From IMG/VR virus record IMGVR_UViG_3300035698_010970, positions 1 to 64,000 of that record: a DNA stretch of 64,000 bases; one strand, written 5' to 3'. This DNA comes from a virus. Under the pieces are notes generated by a model that saw only the letters and a list, made by a program, of their open reading frames with translations, did no database searches and was not told where the DNA came from. The position numbers were made by a program, and so were the translations under genes. Positions 44,573-55,252 of the stretch are shown one piece after another. Numbering within the stretch: position 1 is the stretch's first letter; every line of letters begins with the position of its first letter.

Positions 44573-47500
44573 TTATGCCGTACCGGTGATTGCTACCACT
44601 AGACCATCACCTTGCGTGAGAATTGGGGCGCCGCCACCGTGGGTCATCCGAATGTTGAGAACCGAGTTGGTTGGGATAGGGGAGACTCCCCCATAGGTGA
44701 CTGCGGGTGTCGCAACAACTCCCGCAGATAGCGTGTCTGCAAAGAAAGGTGCAATCACTGCACCAAGCAGTGCTCCAGCAGGGCTGTAAGCTTCCACCTC
44801 TACAATAACGTTACCCGGCCCCAGAGGAAGAATGGCAAGGTTAACGTAGACCGCCACCTGCGTGATGGTAAACCCTGCGCTATATGCCAAGATGCTGTAT
44901 TCGTCCACCACGTTTGGAGAAACAACTCCAACAGGCACTAACAGGTTCCGAGAGATGACCTTCTCAGCGGATCCTCCTACTCCGGTCGAGGCTGCCGTGA
45001 CTCGGCCTTGGGCATCAACCGTGATGTTAGAGTTTGTGTATGAGCCAGCCGCAACGCCAGAGTTGGGGAGACCCAGTGTAACGTTGGAGTTCGCGCCACC
45101 ATCAAGAAGCGTAAGGTGAGCGGGCGTGACCTGAAGGGCTCGCTCCGCCGTCAACACGCCCGAGTTGCCAATAGTGACGTACGGAGCACCTATTGGCGCC
45201 CCGCCGCCGCCAGCGGCAGTCAAGTCGTAAAGCGTTCCCGCAGTGTCCTTGTAGTAGGGGATGTCCGCACTAGCAGCACCACCGCTACCGTCGGAGACAA
45301 AGATGCCGTTTTGGCCGAGGGGAATCGAAGCCTCACCAATCTGCTCAAAGCCAAGCACAGAATCTAGGATGAGAATTTGGTTTAGTCCAGCATAGAGTCT
45401 AGCTTGGTCCGGGTACGTACCTGGAGTAGTTAATGCTCCACCACCGATGGAGAAGTCGCCAAGAAAAGCATTGAGCGCCCCAGCCACCGTGTCTGCCACG
45501 AACGCCACATCAGCCATGGGGCCAGATTCCGTGGTCGTAAGGGTGATGGGGTTGCCTGCACCTGGCCAGGTCGCGACCAGACCCGTGTTGTGCTGGAGCA
45601 GGTCCTGGATCCCTCCAACACCGGCAAACAGCTCACCGCCCGCAAACGTGACATCTACTCGACCATGACTCGTCGAGAAAGTGGCGACTCCTGCCAGGGC
45701 ACCCGAGTCCACGAAGTTACCTGCGGCCGTAAGAGACGCCGGAGTTGCCGTTGTGGGGTTGGCCACTCGAATCGCACCAAAGGGCTCGACTGCGACAGGA
45801 GCACTTGTGAGTCCAGGAACAAGGTAAAGGTCTCCAGCAGTCGCCGCAAGGCCGACCGTTGACGCATCCACGTTTCCGCCGAGCACAAAGACCGAACCTC
45901 CCGCAGGACTGTTCGCGCCAGATATAGCATGAGAGTTACCCGCACCCACCACCACGTTGCCCATAGTGGCGGAGCCGCCAATCGCTGCGGAGTTGCCCTG
46001 GCCGCTTGCCGTCTGAAGGCGGAGGTTGTAATTGCGAAACAGGGGACCACCAGGGGCGTTCTGAGAAGCCTGAAGGATAACACTCGCCCCGGGAACGCTA
46101 TCGTTCCAAAGCAAGTTGCCCATTTGAATCAGAGGTCCGCCAAAGGCGTTGGCCTGAATTCGGATCTCTTCTGCGTTGATCGCTCCAACGCCGATACCCT
46201 GAACAACTCGAAGGGTACCGTCACCGCTTACGGGGTCTGCAAGCGGTGGCGGGTTCGAAGCCACCCCTGAACCGTGGATCTCAACAGCGTCGGCATCCGC
46301 AATGATAACACGGCCAGCGCCGACAAGACGAAGAGGTACCATGCCTGCGAAGGTGAAGCTATCGTAGGCATCGTCCAAGGTTGCGATTGCGGTGCCCGCA
46401 GCCGCCGAATAGGAGATCGCGTCTTGAACGTTTTCTGCCGGGATGCCAGACAGCGCGTTGTTGTAAAACAACGACGTGGGTTGCGTGAGTGCAGATAGAA
46501 CAACCGTAGGACCGTTGGTAATCGGTCCGTACTCTGAGGCCCCGAGACCAAGAGTAGCGCTGCCGACCACCGCCGTGTCGTCCATGTTGATACCGAGAAG
46601 GCTGGCGGGATCGTTCCCCGTACCAAGCAGGCTTTCTCGCAACATGACACGGAGATCGCCAGGAACACCAAGGGCTCCCGGGTTTCCTCGGATAGCATCG
46701 GAGATCGTGAGGTCTTCTTTGAGAAGCTGGCAGTCCTCGAACCGCACCATAGGTGCAAAGGTGTCGACGCAGAACCGAGTAGCTCCAACGCCGGTCTGCT
46801 CGAAAAGGCAGTTGCGGAAGTTGGCTTCAGTGCCCGCTCCGCCAACTCGCTGAGCGTCCATGATGGCAGCAGAGTTACCGCTAAACCGACACTCGATCGC
46901 AGAGATGAATCCCGTGTTTCCCGGAGCCGCGTCTAAAGCTAGAGCAACAGCCGTGTCTTGCGTTGCAGCATTTTGCAGAGCCGAGGTCTCATACATGACC
47001 ATGGAACCCTGCTCGACACCAATAGCTGCGCCTTGACCTGCTCCGTCACCTGTGTTGATGACCTTGCAGTTGGTCATGTAGACCGTGCCAAGACCAACCT
47101 TGCGGAAAGTAGGGTTGGTTGTCGAACCACCGTTCTCAAACACAAGACCATGCAAATGTACGTTGTCCGCGAGGTCAGTCATAACTGCCGAGAACGTTGC
47201 AGCAGGAGCGCCGAGGTTCAAGGCTCGCACACGTACCGAGTAATCCGTGGAGCCTTGGAACCCGCCCGTCGATGGCCATGCCATGACGTGAACGAAGGGA
47301 GCAAAGAGGATGTCCTCAACGTACAACCCAGGTCGTACGGCGACGATGACTGGGTTGTCTTCGCTGGGGACTACCCCGCCGTTGAAGGTAGGATCGAGCT
47401 GCGCAGCTTGAATAGCATCGGAGATGGTCGAGAAGTTCGCATACCCCTCAGCTACCGCTGGATCGTTTGGAGCGTTGGAGTAGTCACGTCCTCGGTTCGC

Positions 47501-47980
47501 GTCAACGTAGATGATGCGACCACTAGCCGCTACAGGTTGTACCAACCCTAGAAGAGCTTGAAGGTTCTTGTTCTGGTCGTCAGCCCATCCCGTGGCGTCG
47601 GCATCGATCGGAATGATCGCTGTCTCGTCTCGTCGCTCCCCTGCGGATACGAGACAAAGGTTTCCTAAGATAGTTTGGAAGCGTACTCGAATGTACTCTT
47701 CGGTAACTGTGGCACCATCGTCGACAACTTGACGAACCTGGTAAGCACCTTCGTTATCCACCGTGAAGGTGATAGGTCCTGGTCCCGTTGCGGAAGACAG
47801 CACCGCAGCTGACGGAGTCCGCGCGGGAGGCGGGCCATCTGGCGTGAAGGTGAGCGCCCAGCTGACCGTAACAAACGGTCCACCGACGTAGCTGAGGGTA
47901 ATTACATCCCCAGCCCGTGCATCTTCACGGCTCTGGGAGACTAGGGGTACAAGTCCGTTTACGAGGCTCTGAATCGCCAT
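44573..47980 (-). CDS. Tail fibre/spike-like protein (1135 aa) with a probable beta-helix
   Basis: FSTISDAI..VRPGLYVE beta-helix cap, AENVQDAI, and the SGVAAGSYTNSNITVDAQGRVTAAS tail-fibre repeat. Confidence 0.72.
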   Translation of the reverse strand: MAIQSLVNGLVPLVSQSREDARAGDVITLSYVGGPFVTVSWALTFTPDGPPPARTPSAAVLSSATGPGPITFTVDNEGAYQVRQVVDDGATVTEEYIRVRFQTILGNLCLVSAGERRDETAIIPIDADATGWADDQNKNLQALLGLVQPVAASGRIIYVDANRGRDYSNAPNDPAVAEGYANFSTISDAIQAAQLDPTFNGGVVPSEDNPVIVAVRPGLYVEDILFAPFVHVMAWPSTGGFQGSTDYSVRVRALNLGAPAATFSAVMTDLADNVHLHGLVFENGGSTTNPTFRKVGLGTVYMTNCKVINTGDGAGQGAAIGVEQGSMVMYETSALQNAATQDTAVALALDAAPGNTGFISAIECRFSGNSAAIMDAQRVGGAGTEANFRNCLFEQTGVGATRFCVDTFAPMVRFEDCQLLKEDLTISDAIRGNPGALGVPGDLRVMLRESLLGTGNDPASLLGINMDDTAVVGSATLGLGASEYGPITNGPTVVLSALTQPTSLFYNNALSGIPAENVQDAISYSAAAGTAIATLDDAYDSFTFAGMVPLRLVGAGRVIIADADAVEIHGSGVASNPPPLADPVSGDGTLRVVQGIGVGAINAEEIRIQANAFGGPLIQMGNLLWNDSVPGASVILQASQNAPGGPLFRNYNLRLQTASGQGNSAAIGGSATMGNVVVGAGNSHAISGANSPAGGSVFVLGGNVDASTVGLAATAGDLYLVPGLTSAPVAVEPFGAIRVANPTTATPASLTAAGNFVDSGALAGVATFSTSHGRVDVTFAGGELFAGVGGIQDLLQHNTGLVATWPGAGNPITLTTTESGPMADVAFVADTVAGALNAFLGDFSIGGGALTTPGTYPDQARLYAGLNQILILDSVLGFEQIGEASIPLGQNGIFVSDGSGGAASADIPYYKDTAGTLYDLTAAGGGGAPIGAPYVTIGNSGVLTAERALQVTPAHLTLLDGGANSNVTLGLPNSGVAAGSYTNSNITVDAQGRVTAASTGVGGSAEKVISRNLLVPVGVVSPNVVDEYSILAYSAGFTITQVAVYVNLAILPLGPGNVIVEVEAYSPAGALLGAVIAPFFADTLSAGVVATPAVTYGGVSPIPTNSVLNIRMTHGGGAPILTQGDGLVVAITGTA

Positions 47981-48013
47981 GTGACGCTCTCCAAGGGGTT
48001 CACTGGGGCGCAG

Positions 48014-48030
48014 CTATAGGCCGAGCACCG
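48014..48030 (-). promoter_or_regulatory. Putative late-promoter motif
   Basis: Minus strand CGGT-gctc-GGCCTATAG, 33 nt upstream of ATG 47980. Confidence 0.5.
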
Positions 48031-48036
48031 AAAAAA

Positions 48037-49443
48037 CTACAAGACAAATTGGGCTGAAACGTCCTCTCCCGTAACGGCCTGAGGAACACGGACCCCAAGA
48101 CGATCTACCGCAACTCGGTAAGTCTGACCTACGGCAACGACTGGAGGGCGCGAATCGAGTCGCAACAGACTATGAGCAACACGAACATTGGTGATGTTTG
48201 ACCCGCCCGCAATAGCACCCACAGGCCCTCCCGTGGGGCCTAGTAGAGCCTCAAGACGGTAGCTCCCAGCGTTCGGACCTGCTGCAAAAGTGACTATCTC
48301 ACCCTCTTGAGCATTGGACCAGTCTTGGGACAGGTCTTGAATCTCTCCTCCCTCTAGAATGTGGGCATCCCCTGAAAGGTTTGATGGGGATGTGGTGTAT
48401 GCGCGAGGGGAGCTATCCGCTCCAAATACCATGCGCAGAACTTCCACGACACGATGTTGCCCGAGGGTGAAGACATCGGATCCTCCGTTCGTCCCTGAAG
48501 CATTCTCGCCACTTAGGATCTCAAGGATAGCTCCGGGGCAAATGTTGCGGAAGTCGCGCATAGGATCGGAGAACAAAGTCCGGTCCGTAAGCGTGATCCC
48601 TCCCGTTCCCGTGACTGACTTAGCCCCTGTACAGAACTTTCGGAAGTCTTCGTAGTAGTAGGAGTTTAGCTCCCAAGAGACCGTGTCCTCGAATTGGTCC
48701 CCGAAAAACTCCCGAAACAAATGCAGGTAATCGTACAGGGTGTGTGCAGGCTTGAGTGCTCGAAGCACCATTTCAGCGTTTTTCTGCGTACGGAAGGGGT
48801 CTTCGGGGAAACCCGTTCCGAGGGAACCCTGAATGGTGTTTCCAGTGTTGGGGTCGGTCCAAACAGAGCAATCGCTAAGAGTAACTTCGAACTCGAACTG
48901 CTCCGGGAAACCCCACGCAGAGTTGGGATCTCGCTGAAAGGAGGCTTTCTCCAATACTTCGACTGTCGCTTGGGTAATCAGATCAACGCCGCTCTTCTGT
49001 ACGTCTAGCTTTGCGCCTTCCAGGAGGAGGCCAATCATCCGCTCAAGGAAAGTTCGATAGCTGACGTCTCCAGGGATATCGGGAACCCCAACCTTGGGGT
49101 CTATCTCAGGGAAGATCAACGTTCCGACGGTCTGCCACAAGAACTCCGGACGCGTGAAGTTGATGCTCCCATCGAGGTGGGCCATCTCGGCCGTGATTTG
49201 GATTTGAGCAAGCGTCTCGGCAATAGCTTGAAACTGCAGGGAATAGTAAGGACCTGTGATCTGCGAGACGTAGTTCGACGGCAACACCTGGTAGAAGGTG
49301 TTCATGATCTGGTCTGTCAGATCCTGAAGGTTGTTGGTAGCGTTCTGGCCTTGCAGGAGGGCGGGAGCAGGGTTCTGATTAAGAACAAAGGGAATCAGAC
49401 TGGTCGCGCGGTTGGGATCAGGCTTGCCCTCTACGCTCGACAT
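48037..49443 (-). CDS. Baseplate wedge (tail protein I-like) protein
   Basis: LPSNY, YRTFL, LRALKPAHT motifs; directly follows baseplate J. Confidence 0.7.
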   Translation of the reverse strand: MSSVEGKPDPNRATSLIPFVLNQNPAPALLQGQNATNNLQDLTDQIMNTFYQVLPSNYVSQITGPYYSLQFQAIAETLAQIQITAEMAHLDGSINFTRPEFLWQTVGTLIFPEIDPKVGVPDIPGDVSYRTFLERMIGLLLEGAKLDVQKSGVDLITQATVEVLEKASFQRDPNSAWGFPEQFEFEVTLSDCSVWTDPNTGNTIQGSLGTGFPEDPFRTQKNAEMVLRALKPAHTLYDYLHLFREFFGDQFEDTVSWELNSYYYEDFRKFCTGAKSVTGTGGITLTDRTLFSDPMRDFRNICPGAILEILSGENASGTNGGSDVFTLGQHRVVEVLRMVFGADSSPRAYTTSPSNLSGDAHILEGGEIQDLSQDWSNAQEGEIVTFAAGPNAGSYRLEALLGPTGGPVGAIAGGSNITNVRVAHSLLRLDSRPPVVAVGQTYRVAVDRLGVRVPQAVTGEDVSAQFVL

Positions 49444-52400
49444 TAGGAGATCTCCGTATAGGTGAAGTTAAAGTTGCCCGTCTCGAAGAACTCAATGTCG
49501 AATGCATTGAGGTTTTTCGCTCCCGCATTAGTCGGCCCTACAACATAGGTAACTCGGTAGACATAATTCGTCGGACTATCGCCAACAGGTAGAGAGATTA
49601 GAACCCGGTTAGAGGTTCTCCGCAACCTCTCCTCTTCGATCTCAAGGTTGCCTGCTGTGGGAAAGGCAAGCGTTAGGGTAGCGTCGTCAGAGAATCCGGG
49701 GATGCTCAAGCCTTCAGCTCCAATGATGAACGCTTTGCCTGGTTGTGTTCCCAAGGATAGCGGGTCTACAATTTGTAGTTCCAGCGGTGTGTCACCTTGG
49801 AACACGCCTCGAAACTCTGTCTCCGGCCCCCCACCTGTTGTGGTTGCTGAGTTCAGCTCCTCATCGAGAAGCCACACCAGCACTGTTTCCGTGCTGATAG
49901 GCGCAAAGTCCGAGCCTCTAATGAAAGTAGAGTCTCCAGACTGGCTAGACGCCAACAACTCGCGGACCACACAAGCATCCACACTACGAGCGAGCTTCAC
50001 CACGGGGACTTCTACGAAGTCAACACCTTCGGTGTTCTTTAGGAGACTAACCACGTCAGATTGACGAATCGACGAGCCAAGAGGAGAGTTGGAGAAGAAC
50101 TGTGCAAGGTTCGAGCGAACTCTGCGATCAACAATCGATGTCGGAACTCCCGCCCTCTTGACGATGGTGGCTGTGATGTCCACCGGAACAGCAACCGTCT
50201 CTTTGACCAGAACATCTGCCGTGATGTGTTTGCTGTTGCTAACATCCTCTTGCGCAGCGATTACCGCCAAGTTGACGACGTACGAAACCGTGAAGTTTTC
50301 GTCGTGGAAGTAGTCGATGCTCAGACGTTGGCCCGAAGAAATGCCTCTCCCCAGTACGCGCTTGATGGACACCGCAGTCGTCTCGTTACCAGGAAGAATT
50401 GTGTAGTCACTCACTCCCGAGGGATCAAACGGACCCCGATACTCCACCGTGCGGTCAAGGTTAAAGACTCTAATCGTAAAGGAGTCTGCGCCCAGGTTGT
50501 TGAGAAACTCCGGGAACTCCCCAATGATCACATGCTCCTCGTTGAGAACTCCGATTTTCTCTCCCGTGGGTGCTCCGTTGACTTGGAAGATCTCGATGGC
50601 GCTCTGAGCCTCGACAGACTTTCCGTCCTTGAGAGGGTCGTCAAGGCGGAAAAGGCCGTAGGCGTCCTCTTCGAGAGACCCGGTCACAACACCTGTAACG
50701 GACTGAATCTCTCGCACAGGCTGACGTGGCAAAACGAACCGGCGGCTCGCCACAAGGCGGTAGTCGCCCAGTACGATATCTCCGAACGTGACCGTTGGCT
50801 GCGGTTGTGTTGTATCAAGTTTGATGGTCTTGAAGTTTTCGACTACAGCGTTTGAAAGGTTGAACTCCACGCCTGTAGACGCATTCCGCAAGCCAAGGCT
50901 TGCATTGGGGAAGTTCAACATCTCCGCAAGGGGGTTGTCTGCGGACAGATCTGAGTCGATAGCTTGGAAACGAAGATCGAGGATGTTGCCAACAGGCACG
51001 AACTGCACGTTGAACTTCCGCTCGAAGCGGAAAGCAAACGTGTCGGAAACCGTTGCAAGGCTCTCACCTCGAATGTATGCGTCTACCTTGCCCCCAGCAT
51101 GCTTGAGATAATCGGGATCGAAGTCTCGCTGCATCAAGTCGTTGCCTGGTGTAACGATGAAGCTCTCTAGAACTCCGGGAAGGTTTGCCAAGGTTTGGCG
51201 ATATCCCGCTTCCGTGCCCGAATCCACGGAGGCCAGAGCGTTCTTGCTACGCTCCGCCAGTTGAACGTTGGTTTCGACTTCCCGGCCCCCAAACGTTCGT
51301 CCTGGGTTCGTAACTGCGAGACTTCCCGTCGTGTTGGTTATGACAGTGTTGATTTGGCCAGCTGCCAAGTTCCCAGAGCTACCAGGGTTCTCGGCTCGAA
51401 TAGGTACATCGACGGAGAACAAGCCTGTTGAGGGGTTGAAAAAACTGGCAGCGTTCTCGACGGGAATCGATGCCTCCTCGGTGGAGACAAAGAAAACTCC
51501 TCCGGAAGAGATCCTTGTACCGAGAGGAATCGGGATGGTTGCTGAGGGTCGTCGGCTCGTGAAGAAGGTGCCCAGACCACGAGCCCGGATACCAGGTTTA
51601 CGCGTAACCCCCACATTGGAAGCCAGCTGCTCGAAAGAGTGGTCGATAAGCGCTTGAGTCTGGTTGCTCGTGATGCCGAATGCCTTCTTGAGCGCTAGCT
51701 TGTATGCCGAACTATCGACCGGAGTAGGGTTGCCGGAGGCTCCTACACCATCCACTCGTACGAGAGTGTCGAAACTCTGCGAACGGTGAAGGAAATCCAC
51801 TACGAAACGAACCTTCTCACTCTCCGCAGCAACAGGGTCGATCACGGTATCTCGAATAACCGCACCCGGCTGTAGGGCTAGCTGGGGGTTCGTTCGAAGT
51901 ACCGAGGAAATGAGACGGTTCGTGATATCCGAACGCGTAACGGTTGGGAAAGCTCCCAAGTTGAGGCTAATCGTCACCGGGTTGCCAAACACCTCGATTG
52001 AAAAGGGGCTTTCCAATTCGGTGTTTGTGGTCGCGTCGAACGTGATGGCCGTAACTACGTAGTAAAGAGGCTCGGAGATGGGTGTTGCTGCAAAGGCGCC
52101 AATAGGAACCGTAGGCGGCAAGCTTGAAGGGCCATTGTTTCGATTGTGTTTGAACCGAATGTACTCCACCTGTCGAACACTCTCCACCGTCACTGATGTT
52201 CGAATTCTGGCGGTAGTCTCTGGGACCTCGGACACGCTCGTGAAGTCCGACTGCAGAAGATTGGCTTGCTCGTCGTAGGTGATAGCTTCGGCAAGCTCGT
52301 CAGTCAGGGAGACGTCCTCAAGCTTCTCGATGACATCCCCCCCTCGGGTCTGCGTTTGCTTGATCTGCAAGAACAGCGGGTCGGCTGCGGGCTGTCCCGC

Positions 52401-52979
52401 CAAGGTGGTCGCGATGTTGGCGTCCGAGTCCACTTGCCGCAAGACAGTCACCTCTTCCTGAATGAAAGAGTCGATCACGGGGCTGAGGTTAACACGAGTG
52501 TAGCCTGTTGCTCCTCCGCCAGAGAACTGGGAAGCATAGAAGTTGAACCCGATAATGTTGTCGTTGTCGGGCTTCTCAACAGTGATCTCCACTTCCGCGT
52601 TGAAGCGCTCCACCTTGATGTTGGAGGGAGGGTCTACCGCAAGGACAACATCGGATTCTTGAACGAGGTTTGCTTGAACTACTGCCGAGTTGGAAACCGC
52701 TCCCGAGAAGGACACTGCGCGAAGCAGGATGTCGTTGCTGCCAGCCTGCAAATCTAGCCCGTCAGGAAAGACCGCAGGGTTAGGGACGGTGAACGACGTC
52801 CCTTCAAACACCACCAAATCAGGGTTGGAGGTGAATGGGCCTCCTCGCACGCTGATCTGCATATCCACGGTCGTCTCATCAACGGTCCCCGTGAAGATCC
52901 GTTCGGGGATAGTCGTCGTAAAGACAAACGTTTCTCTCCAAACCCCATCAGGGCCAAGAATTTGTGGGGTAAGGGTCAT
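49443..52979 (-). CDS. Baseplate J-like protein (extended, 1178 aa)
   Basis: LASNVGVTRKPG.RA.G..TF, IPLGTRI, GSSGNL, VTNP..TFGG.EVET..QL.ER, GT..GY, GGKVDAYIRG. Confidence 0.85.
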   Translation of the reverse strand: MTLTPQILGPDGVWRETFVFTTTIPERIFTGTVDETTVDMQISVRGGPFTSNPDLVVFEGTSFTVPNPAVFPDGLDLQAGSNDILLRAVSFSGAVSNSAVVQANLVQESDVVLAVDPPSNIKVERFNAEVEITVEKPDNDNIIGFNFYASQFSGGGATGYTRVNLSPVIDSFIQEEVTVLRQVDSDANIATTLAGQPAADPLFLQIKQTQTRGGDVIEKLEDVSLTDELAEAITYDEQANLLQSDFTSVSEVPETTARIRTSVTVESVRQVEYIRFKHNRNNGPSSLPPTVPIGAFAATPISEPLYYVVTAITFDATTNTELESPFSIEVFGNPVTISLNLGAFPTVTRSDITNRLISSVLRTNPQLALQPGAVIRDTVIDPVAAESEKVRFVVDFLHRSQSFDTLVRVDGVGASGNPTPVDSSAYKLALKKAFGITSNQTQALIDHSFEQLASNVGVTRKPGIRARGLGTFFTSRRPSATIPIPLGTRISSGGVFFVSTEEASIPVENAASFFNPSTGLFSVDVPIRAENPGSSGNLAAGQINTVITNTTGSLAVTNPGRTFGGREVETNVQLAERSKNALASVDSGTEAGYRQTLANLPGVLESFIVTPGNDLMQRDFDPDYLKHAGGKVDAYIRGESLATVSDTFAFRFERKFNVQFVPVGNILDLRFQAIDSDLSADNPLAEMLNFPNASLGLRNASTGVEFNLSNAVVENFKTIKLDTTQPQPTVTFGDIVLGDYRLVASRRFVLPRQPVREIQSVTGVVTGSLEEDAYGLFRLDDPLKDGKSVEAQSAIEIFQVNGAPTGEKIGVLNEEHVIIGEFPEFLNNLGADSFTIRVFNLDRTVEYRGPFDPSGVSDYTILPGNETTAVSIKRVLGRGISSGQRLSIDYFHDENFTVSYVVNLAVIAAQEDVSNSKHITADVLVKETVAVPVDITATIVKRAGVPTSIVDRRVRSNLAQFFSNSPLGSSIRQSDVVSLLKNTEGVDFVEVPVVKLARSVDACVVRELLASSQSGDSTFIRGSDFAPISTETVLVWLLDEELNSATTTGGGPETEFRGVFQGDTPLELQIVDPLSLGTQPGKAFIIGAEGLSIPGFSDDATLTLAFPTAGNLEIEEERLRRTSNRVLISLPVGDSPTNYVYRVTYVVGPTNAGAKNLNAFDIEFFETGNFNFTYTEIS

Positions 52980-54151
52980 CGTCCAAACACATCCTCTCTG
53001 CGGGTGTTAGGATTGACTCCGAAGCCTTCAAGGCCCAGAGACAACCCACTGCTTCCGACGAGTGCAGCCGTTCCCGGAGCTGCAAACACGGTGTTGACGT
53101 TGACAGGTTGCCCCGATGCATTCGTGCCGACGATCTCGACTTGAACGACCGTTGGGTCCCTAGGTGCTGGGGTTACTGTCAGCGACAAAACAGAGAAGAG
53201 GCGCTCCCGAGCTGTTAGCTCCTGGAAGCGACCTTGGATAGCCTGAAGCTTCTTGAAGGTGTCGACTGCAAACAGCACGTCTTCGTTAATCGATGTTACC
53301 GCCGCGGTAGAGTTTTTGGACCCAATACGGTCAAGCAACGTTGTGCCGTAAAACTCGTGGAAAGGGTTGGAACCTTTTCGGGTCGTCAAGATCTTGAGCA
53401 AAGCTTGGTTGAGCAAGTTCTCATTTCCGATGAGCAAGGCCTCTCCAGTGCCGTCGAAGCGATAGTCGTTCTCGATACCGAACGAGCGACATCGACGACA
53501 CCTTTGCTGTAGGGTCGCATACGTCACCTTGAAGACCGGGTTCGAACGCACCGGTTGGTTGAAGCGAATGTATCGAGTCGCAACTTGAACAAACTGGTTG
53601 ATGTTGACCGTGTTGAAGACGTCATTCCTCTCCGCAAAATCCCACCCAGGGAACAGTTCCTTACCCTTCGCCCCCGTGTTCAAGAGGAAGTTCAAGGATG
53701 CCGTTGCGTCGCCTGCGATTCGGATACGAGATTCTGGACCGTTGCGAGAGATGTCGGACAACGTCAGGTGGCCGTTGTTGTTGACCGCGATGACCCCCGC
53801 CCCCTCCGTGAGGAAAGCCCTTTGCAACACTTTGACCACCTGATCTGTGGTCACCCGAGTCCCTAGGGGGAGAGGCACGGTAACGGAGTCCGAGGAGTTC
53901 GAAACCGTTATGCGATTCTGATTCCGGCAGAGGGTGAAGGGGCCAGCCTTGCTTGAGATAATCCGAGCCTGGGAGAGCAAACCTTCAGAAGGGATAGACA
54001 AATCGAGATCGCTGTTGGCGAGAACCTGAATGAAGTCACCAGAGTTGATGGGCTGGCGCACTTCAAGAGACCGTCGATCAGAGCCCAAGGTTACCCGCTC
54101 CTCCACCGTCAGGTGGGGGCAAGGGAACGCCAGCTGGAAATCAACAGTCAT
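52976..54151 (-). CDS. Baseplate wedge protein with a C-terminal gp25/GPW-like domain
   Basis: LLNQALLKILTTRKGSNPFHEFYGTTL; CxxC before the domain. Confidence 0.78.
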   Translation of the reverse strand: MTVDFQLAFPCPHLTVEERVTLGSDRRSLEVRQPINSGDFIQVLANSDLDLSIPSEGLLSQARIISSKAGPFTLCRNQNRITVSNSSDSVTVPLPLGTRVTTDQVVKVLQRAFLTEGAGVIAVNNNGHLTLSDISRNGPESRIRIAGDATASLNFLLNTGAKGKELFPGWDFAERNDVFNTVNINQFVQVATRYIRFNQPVRSNPVFKVTYATLQQRCRRCRSFGIENDYRFDGTGEALLIGNENLLNQALLKILTTRKGSNPFHEFYGTTLLDRIGSKNSTAAVTSINEDVLFAVDTFKKLQAIQGRFQELTARERLFSVLSLTVTPAPRDPTVVQVEIVGTNASGQPVNVNTVFAAPGTAALVGSSGLSLGLEGFGVNPNTRREDVFGR

Positions 54152-54155
54152 CGGG

Positions 54156-54176
54156 CTACCAACGCGAATCTATAGG
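54156..54176 (-). promoter_or_regulatory. Putative late-promoter motif
   Basis: Minus strand CCTATAGA-tt-CGCGTTGGTAG; 18 of 20 nt identical to 28394-28413. Confidence 0.5.
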
Positions 54177-54190
54177 AGAATTAGAGGGAA

Positions 54191-55252
54191 TTAGAGGGCA
54201 GTGAACGGATCGTCATCCGGCTCATCTGGCCACAAAGTATCGAATTCGGACAGGTTTTTCGTGTTGACCGTTTCAAAGTCCACAGTGTCTCCCTCGTAGG
54301 GCTTCGAGCCACCTTGTGCTTGTGCGAGGGATGCGCCCAATGACGTGATAAGATCCTCTTCTGGAAAGCCGGAGTCTCCTTTAGACAGTGCTGTAGCGGC
54401 ATCGTTGAGGGAAAGACCTGAAGCGGCGTTTCGCGGCTTCTTATCGTAGAAGATGTTGTCGATACTCTCGATGATGCGAACGATATGCAGATTCGCTTGG
54501 AATTCTCGGGGATCGGGAAGAGGAAGCCCTGAAACCGTGCCTCCGACCGCTTGCATGAGCATTTGATCCCGCTCTTGGGAAAATTGCTCACGAAGGTCCA
54601 TGAGCTTGATGATCTTGGCTTCCAAGTTGTTGCGACGCTCTTGGATCGCCGGGTTGAGCCACCTTCTCCCCCGCTCCACTTGGCTTGCAATTCTTCCGTC
54701 AGCATCGCTGAGGTTGATGATTCGTCCAATTCGACGGAAGGGGTAACGACCCCACCCTAGCCAGCCACCACTATCCGCCCCTCCAACTCCTCGACTGTCG
54801 CTGTCGGGAGCGATGACCCCAAAGTGGGGCTGGTCATTACGAGTGTCCGGGACTTCAACATCGTTGATTTGCACGGAAGGATCAACGTCGGGGTCCTCTT
54901 CGGGGTTCAGAACGGAGTTGAACTCTACAAAATCCGGCTTGAGAAACAGGGAGATCTCCATGGGGTTGCCACCTAAAGCAAGGTAGACACCAATGAGCTT
55001 CTCTAGACTCGATCCCGAAGTGACCGAGAAACCTGTCCGAACTTCCGTAACCTCGTCAGCGATATCGAAGCTGCTGTCCGCAGCTACTACGGATTTTTTC
55101 CGAGCATAGAAGACCGTGATCTCTCCGACCTTTTGGATCTCGGCGTCGAGCACTGCCAACCTTGCGTTGACAGCTCTGCGCTCTTCCAGTGCGAAGGTTC
55201 GAAATTCTCTCCACTGCGTTTGTCTGAAACTACCTAGCCATCCAAAAGACAT
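54191..55252 (-). CDS. Hypothetical (probably virion) protein with coiled coil (353 aa)
   Basis: Long ORF coupled to its upstream gene. Confidence 0.7.
   Translation of the reverse strand: MSFGWLGSFRQTQWREFRTFALEERRAVNARLAVLDAEIQKVGEITVFYARKKSVVAADSSFDIADEVTEVRTGFSVTSGSSLEKLIGVYLALGGNPMEISLFLKPDFVEFNSVLNPEEDPDVDPSVQINDVEVPDTRNDQPHFGVIAPDSDSRGVGGADSGGWLGWGRYPFRRIGRIINLSDADGRIASQVERGRRWLNPAIQERRNNLEAKIIKLMDLREQFSQERDQMLMQAVGGTVSGLPLPDPREFQANLHIVRIIESIDNIFYDKKPRNAASGLSLNDAATALSKGDSGFPEEDLITSLGASLAQAQGGSKPYEGDTVDFETVNTKNLSEFDTLWPDEPDDDPFTAL

Noticed and set aside
38445-54151. Cellular eCIS/tailocin locus instead of a phage
   Set aside because: It is contiguous and co-oriented with phage-type replication and accessory genes, and no host housekeeping context is present.
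54178-54198. 10-bp tandem duplication GAATTAGAGG around a stop codon
   Set aside because: Only two copies; most simply a slippage duplication with no evident function.
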